Shown here: piece by piece, positions 27,448 to 32,000 of the stretch
Layout of the letters: each line of letters starts with the position of its first letter
How positions within the stretch are numbered: position 1 is the stretch's first letter
Translations under genes and position numbers: made by a program
The notes under the pieces: generated by a model
Seen by the model: only the letters and a program-made list of their open reading frames with translations
Told to the model about the DNA's origin: nothing
Database searches by the model: none
NCBI RefSeq assembly: GCF_000011325.1
Contig: NC_003450.3
Span: 1,290,001 to 1,322,000, forward strand
Source: Corynebacterium glutamicum ATCC 13032
Lineage (GTDB): Bacteria; Actinomycetota; Actinomycetes; Mycobacteriales; Mycobacteriaceae
Reading direction: 5' to 3'
DNA: 32,000 nt

Positions 27448-29008
27448 ACAAGCGCTTCATCAGCATGATCCTGCACCAATCCTTCAGTTGGATAAAGTCT
27501 CCAAGTCGTTTGGCCCAGTCAACGTCATTAATCAAGTGAGCATCGATGTTCGCCCTGGCAGGGTGCTTGCGCTGTTGGGTGAAAATGGTGCGGGTAAATC
27601 TACGCTGATCAAGATGATGTCGGGTGTGTATCAGCCTGATGGCGGGCAGATTTTGGTGGATGGAAAGCCCACGACTTTGCCTGATACGAAAACTGCTGAG
27701 TCTTTTGGCATCGCTACGATTCACCAGGAATTGAATCTGGTGCCCACGATGACGGTGGCGGAAAACGTCATGCTGGGCCGCACTCCTCGGAAGTGGGGTT
27801 TGGTCAATTTCAAACATTTGCGCAGGCAGGCACAGGCGGCGCTGGATCTCATCGGCGTGGATGTGGATCTGAATGCTCAGGTGGGTTCTTTAGGAATCGC
27901 TAGGCAGCAGATGGTGGAGATCGCCAAGGCGTTGTCCATGAATGCGCGGATATTGATTTTGGATGAGCCCACTGCAGCGTTGACTGGTCGTGAAATTGAT
28001 CAGTTATTCAAAGTGGTGGATCAGCTGAAAGAAAAAGGCGTGGCCATGGTGTTTATTTCGCACCACTTGGATGAGATCGCGCGCATCGGCGATACCGTCT
28101 CTGTGCTGCGTGATGGCCAGTTCATCGCGGAGCTGCCAGCGGATACTGATGAAGATGAGCTGGTGCGGCTGATGGTGGGTCGTAGCATTGAAAACCAGTA
28201 TCCGCGTAGTGCGCCAGAGATCGGGCAGCCACTGTTGGAGGTGAAAAACCTCAACGCGGAGGGCCGGTTCACGGATATTTCCTTGACTGTTCGCGCTGGT
28301 GAAGTCGTAGGCCTTGCCGGTCTTGTGGGTGCTGGTCGCACGGAAGTGGTTCGCTCGATTGCTGGCGTGGACAAAGTTGATTCCGGTGAGGTGATCGTTG
28401 CTGGCAAGAAATTGCGCGGCGGCGATATTTCCGAGGCTATTAAAAACGGCATCGGGCACATTCCGGAAGATCGAAAAGCCCAGGGCCTGGTGCTGGGGTC
28501 GTCTGTGGAGGACAACCTGGGATTGGCGACTTTGGCGTCGACAGCCCGCGCAGGTTTGGTCGATCGATCAGGACAGCACAAACGAGCCGCCGAGGTCGCG
28601 GAAAAACTCCGCATCCGGATGGCAAGCCTCAAACAACCGATTAGCGATTTATCGGGCGGCAATCAGCAAAAGGCCGTGTTCGGCCGCTGGGTGCTTGCCG
28701 GGTCAAACGTGCTGCTTCTCGACGAACCGACCCGTGGCGTTGACGTCGGCGCGAAGGTGGAAATTTACAACATCATTAATGAGATGACGGAAAAAGGTGG
28801 CGCTGTGCTCATGGTGTCATCGGAGCTTCCCGAAGTCTTGGGCATGGCTGATCGCATTTTGGTCATGTCTGGTGGACGCATCGCAGGCGAACTGCCAGCG
28901 AAGGGAACAACCCAGGACGATGTCATGGCTCTAGCTGTTTCCCAGGTGGATGATTCCATCACCGAGGAAGCTGCTGCAGAAATCGAAAACACAAAGGAGG
29001 ACCGTTGA
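27434..29008 (+). CDS. rbsA: Ribose/sugar ABC transporter ATP-binding protein with duplicated nucleotide-binding domains
   Basis: Two Walker A motifs (GENGAGKST, GLVGAGRTE), two Walker B motifs (ILILDEPTA, LLLLDEPTRGVD) and LSGGNQQK. GAGGTGAG lies 6 nt upstream of the ATG. It overlaps rbsR by 14 nt. Confidence 0.93.
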   Translation: MVNSEQALHQHDPAPILQLDKVSKSFGPVNVINQVSIDVRPGRVLALLGENGAGKSTLIKMMSGVYQPDGGQILVDGKPTTLPDTKTAESFGIATIHQELNLVPTMTVAENVMLGRTPRKWGLVNFKHLRRQAQAALDLIGVDVDLNAQVGSLGIARQQMVEIAKALSMNARILILDEPTAALTGREIDQLFKVVDQLKEKGVAMVFISHHLDEIARIGDTVSVLRDGQFIAELPADTDEDELVRLMVGRSIENQYPRSAPEIGQPLLEVKNLNAEGRFTDISLTVRAGEVVGLAGLVGAGRTEVVRSIAGVDKVDSGEVIVAGKKLRGGDISEAIKNGIGHIPEDRKAQGLVLGSSVEDNLGLATLASTARAGLVDRSGQHKRAAEVAEKLRIRMASLKQPISDLSGGNQQKAVFGRWVLAGSNVLLLDEPTRGVDVGAKVEIYNIINEMTEKGGAVLMVSSELPEVLGMADRILVMSGGRIAGELPAKGTTQDDVMALAVSQVDDSITEEAAAEIENTKEDR

Positions 29009-29979
29009 GCACCGCCGTAGTTTCACAGAAGAAGTCCACAACGGCATCCAAAATTGGACATTGGATGCTCAATAACGGTGCGTTGGTGGGGCTGATTGCA
29101 CTGTGTGTTGGACTTTTTATTGCAACACCCCACTTTCTCACCATTCCTAACCTGATCAACATCGGTATCCAATCGGCGACGGTGGCGATCCTGGCGTTCG
29201 GCATGACCTTCGTCATCGTTACCGCAGGCATTGATTTGTCTGTGGGATCAGTGGCTGCGTTGGGTGCGATGACCTCGGCGTATTTCTTCGCGGAAGTTGG
29301 TTTGCCGGGCTGGATCACGCTGCTGATTGGCCTGTTCATCGGATTGTTGGCGGGTGCGATCTCTGGCATTTCTATTGCTTATGGCAAGTTGCCTGCGTTT
29401 ATTGCCACCTTGGCCATGATGTCGATCGCCAGGGGAATCACCTTGGTCATTTCCCAAGGCTCACCAATTCCCAGTGCACCAGCTGTGAACGCTTTGGGGC
29501 GCACCTACTTTGGCATCCCGATGCCGATTCTGATGATGGCACTGGCTGGCATTGTGTGTTGGTTTATTTTGAGCCGCACCGTGCTGGGACGGTCCATGTA
29601 CGCCATTGGCGGAAACATGGAAGCAGCCCGACTATCTGGTCTGCCAGTGAAGAAAATCCTGGTCATGGTCTATGCACTGGCTGGTGTGTATGCAGCACTT
29701 GCGGGTCTGGTCATGACGGGACGCTTGTCGTCCGCGCAGCCGCAGGCAGGCGTGGGATACGAACTCGATGCGATTGCCGCCGTGGTCATTGGTGGTGCGT
29801 CACTTGCTGGCGGAACCGGAAAAGCAACGGGCACTTTGATTGGTGCCATCTTGTTGGCCGTGATCCGCAATGGCTTGAACATTTTGAACGTGTCCTCGTT
29901 CTGGCAGCAGATTGTCATCGGTTGTGTCATCGCGCTTGCGGTGGGCTTCGATGTCATCCGAAACAAAACCTCTAAGTAA
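29005..29979 (+). CDS. rbsC: Ribose ABC transporter permease
   Basis: The protein is 324 aa and polytopic. TAGIDLSVGS is the hallmark of the CUT2 permease family. TTG start with AAGGAGGA upstream, and a 4-nt overlap with rbsA. Confidence 0.92.
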   Translation: MSTAVVSQKKSTTASKIGHWMLNNGALVGLIALCVGLFIATPHFLTIPNLINIGIQSATVAILAFGMTFVIVTAGIDLSVGSVAALGAMTSAYFFAEVGLPGWITLLIGLFIGLLAGAISGISIAYGKLPAFIATLAMMSIARGITLVISQGSPIPSAPAVNALGRTYFGIPMPILMMALAGIVCWFILSRTVLGRSMYAIGGNMEAARLSGLPVKKILVMVYALAGVYAALAGLVMTGRLSSAQPQAGVGYELDAIAAVVIGGASLAGGTGKATGTLIGAILLAVIRNGLNILNVSSFWQQIVIGCVIALAVGFDVIRNKTSK

Positions 29980-30000
29980 TTCCTGAAAGGAAATTTTCAC

Positions 30001-30945
30001 ATGTACGCTCGTAAACTTATTGCTCTGTCCGCTTCTGTCGTTTTGGCTTTCAGCTTGTCTGCTTGCAACCGTGAATCTTCTGGCACCAGCGCAGACGGCG
30101 GTTCTGCGGATGGGTCGATCACCTTGGCTCTGTCTACCCAGACCAACCCGTTCTTTGTGCAGCTTCGTGATGGTGCCCAGGAAAAGGCTGATGAATTGGG
30201 CGTGACCCTCAATGTTCAGGATGCTTCCGATGACGCTGCAACGCAGGCCAACCAGCTCAACAACGCTGTCACCACCGGTGCTGGCGTGGTGATTGTCAAC
30301 CCAACTGATTCTGATGCTGTGGTGCCGTCGGTGGAAGCTCTCAACCAGGCTGACATTCCTGTTGTGGCTGTCGACCGTTCCTCCAATGGTGGCGAGGTGG
30401 CGTCCTTCGTGGCATCTGACAACGTTGCTGGCGGCGCGCAGGCTGCTGCAGCCCTGGCAGAGGCGATCGGTGGCGAAGGTGAAATCCTCATGCTGCAAGG
30501 CATTGCGGGATCCTCTGCATCACGTGATCGTGGACAGGGATTTGAAGAGGAGATCGCTAAGCATGAGGGCATTTCCATTGTGGCTAAGCAGACCGCCAAC
30601 TTTGACCGCGGTGAGGGCCTGGACGTGGCAACTAACCTGCTGCAGGCACACCCCAATGTGAAGGCGATCTTCGCGGAAAACGATGAGATGGCGTTGGGCG
30701 CAATCGAAGCCCTGGGTGCTCGTGCTGGTGAAGATGTCATCGTTGTCGGTTTCGATGGCACCAATGATGGTCTGGCAGCGGTTGAAGATGGACGCATGTT
30801 GGCCACCGTTGCTCAGCAGCCAGAAGAGCTGGGAGCAAAGGCTGTGGAAGAAGCAGCTAAGCTCCTGCGCGGTGAGGACGCTGAAACAGAGGTACCAGTT
30901 GAGGTTGTCACTGTGAAGCTCGACAACGTCGCGGACTTCAAGTAG
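30001..30945 (+). CDS. rbsB: Ribose-binding lipoprotein (ABC substrate-binding protein, PBP type I)
   Basis: The lipobox signal is LAFSLSAC|N. It is followed by NPFFVQLRDGAQ...AVDR...DNVAGG...GFDG, typical of RbsB-like binding proteins. Confidence 0.92.
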   Translation: MYARKLIALSASVVLAFSLSACNRESSGTSADGGSADGSITLALSTQTNPFFVQLRDGAQEKADELGVTLNVQDASDDAATQANQLNNAVTTGAGVVIVNPTDSDAVVPSVEALNQADIPVVAVDRSSNGGEVASFVASDNVAGGAQAAAALAEAIGGEGEILMLQGIAGSSASRDRGQGFEEEIAKHEGISIVAKQTANFDRGEGLDVATNLLQAHPNVKAIFAENDEMALGAIEALGARAGEDVIVVGFDGTNDGLAAVEDGRMLATVAQQPEELGAKAVEEAAKLLRGEDAETEVPVEVVTVKLDNVADFK

Positions 30946-30951
30946 TCGGCG

Positions 30952-31323
30952 ATGAAAAAGTCCGGTTTACTAAACCCCGATCTGTGTTACGCCATCGCGC
31001 GGCTCGGGCACACCGATACCTGGGCAGTGGCAGATTGCGGATTACCCATCCCAGAACACGTAGAGATCATCGATTTGGCACTCGTGTTTGGGATCCCCAC
31101 CTTTGAACAAGTACTGAATGCTCTCAAGCCGGAAGTAGTTGTGGAAGGCGCGGTGATTGCCGAAGGGGCACCCGAACGTATCCGCGAAATGGTGGATACG
31201 GATGTGGAAGTTGTCACGCATGAAGAGCTGAAAGCCCAGCTCGCGGAATGTGCCTTTGTCATTCGAACAGGGGAGACCACTGCGTATGCGAATGTGATCT
31301 TCAAATCAGGCGTAGCTTTCTAA
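30952..31323 (+). CDS. rbsD: D-ribose pyranase
   Basis: MKKSGLLNPDLCYAIARLGHTDTWAVADCGLPIP matches the RbsD N-terminal catalytic-His block. It is the last gene of the operon. Confidence 0.9.
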   Translation: MKKSGLLNPDLCYAIARLGHTDTWAVADCGLPIPEHVEIIDLALVFGIPTFEQVLNALKPEVVVEGAVIAEGAPERIREMVDTDVEVVTHEELKAQLAECAFVIRTGETTAYANVIFKSGVAF

Positions 31324-31340
31324 GAAAGTGTCGTTTTTTG

Positions 31341-31387
31341 TGCACCTGTTTTGCGGCGCCCCAAGCGCTGCAAAACGGGTGCATTTT
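31341..31387 (+). terminator. Strong intrinsic terminator after rbsD
   Basis: tgcacctgttttgc (31341-31354) pairs with gcaaaacgggtgca (31370-31383), giving 13 Watson-Crick pairs and 1 G-U. An inner stem gcgc/gcgc (31356-31359 with 31365-31368) follows, then TTTT. Confidence 0.8.
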
Positions 31388-31475
31388 GACGTCGAAAAGC
31401 AATGAATTTAATGCTTTTAACCTGGATTTTCTCTAGAAATAGGACAAAACGCGATTCTATGACTATATTCATCTC

Positions 31476-32000
31476 ATGCAATTCGCACAAAACCCGCGTC
31501 TGACGAACGACGCGGTGATCTTAGAACCACTGTCACATCAGTGGACTCAGGATCTCCAGGAAGCTGTCGCCTCACAAGAATTGTGGCGCCATTGGTTCGT
31601 CGCTCTACCCACCCCAGAGGGCATGGCGGAGGAAATTGACCGCCGCCTAGCCGAACATGCAGACGGACTGTGTGCGCCTTGGGCAATCATTTCCGCTGCA
31701 ACAGGCCGTGCCGTTGGCATGACCTCATTTCATACCCTTGACCACGCGAATAAACGGCTGGAAATTGGACGCACATGGATGGCTGCCCATGTCCAAGGAA
31801 CCGGCATCAACCCCTCGGTGAAATTCCTGCAGTTGCAGCGCGCTTTTGAAGACCTCGGTGTCAATGCCGTGGAATTCCGAACGAACTGGCACAACCACCG
31901 CTCCCGCGCCGCAATCGAACGACTCGGAGCAAAACAAGACGGCGTACTACGCAAACATCGCATCCACCCTGACGGCACCGTCCGCGACACCGTCATCTAT
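31476..32000 (+). CDS. GNAT-family N-acetyltransferase (RimJ/RimL-like). The 3' end runs off the window, so it is absent from the ORF track.
   Basis: My translation from ATG 31476 is open to the window end (175 codons). It reads MQFAQNPRLTNDAVILEPLSHQW...RLEIGRTWMAAHVQGTGINPSVKFLQLQRAFEDLGVNAVEFRTNWHNHRSRAAIERLGAKQDGVLRKH. This is the typical RimJ/L-type GNAT core. Confidence 0.8.
   Translation, partial: MQFAQNPRLTNDAVILEPLSHQWTQDLQEAVASQELWRHWFVALPTPEGMAEEIDRRLAEHADGLCAPWAIISAATGRAVGMTSFHTLDHANKRLEIGRTWMAAHVQGTGINPSVKFLQLQRAFEDLGVNAVEFRTNWHNHRSRAAIERLGAKQDGVLRKHRIHPDGTVRDTVIY

Overview
The window is a 32-kb actinobacterial chromosome segment. From memory, the gene order (glgE, etfBA-iscS, mnmA, ligA, gatCA, pfkA, rbsRACBD) matches Corynebacterium glutamicum and parallels the Mycobacterium tuberculosis Rv3032-Rv3009c region; this cannot be verified without a search. 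Most of it is ordinary housekeeping coding sequence. I call 30 CDSs, including two edge-truncated genes missing from the ORF track: glgE at the left edge on the minus strand and a GNAT gene at the right edge on the plus strand. I saw no tRNA, rRNA, CRISPR array, transposase or integrase.

Three parts are not ordinary.
1. A 641-bp ORF-poor gap (2581-3221) holds two large imperfect palindromic elements: an array of 14-15-bp GACTTC units, and a 204-bp element bounded by perfect 22-bp inverted repeats.
2. A 5.5-kb accessory islet (8339-13828) separates iscS from mnmA.
   - It carries a hipBA toxin-antitoxin pair whose divergent promoter region holds three 16-bp palindromes spaced exactly 60 bp apart.
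   - It also carries a P-loop NTPase with a C-terminal wHTH, next to three tandem 28-bp iteron-like repeats and an AT-rich, extremely acidic 132-aa ORF.
   - This NTPase/iteron/acidic-ORF module is my best candidate for an undescribed system.
3. Synonymous codon usage switches abruptly between G/T-ending and C/A-ending codons, including inside single genes, which suggests a recombination mosaic.

All functional calls rest on motifs read from the supplied translations. No database search or computation beyond hand counting was possible.
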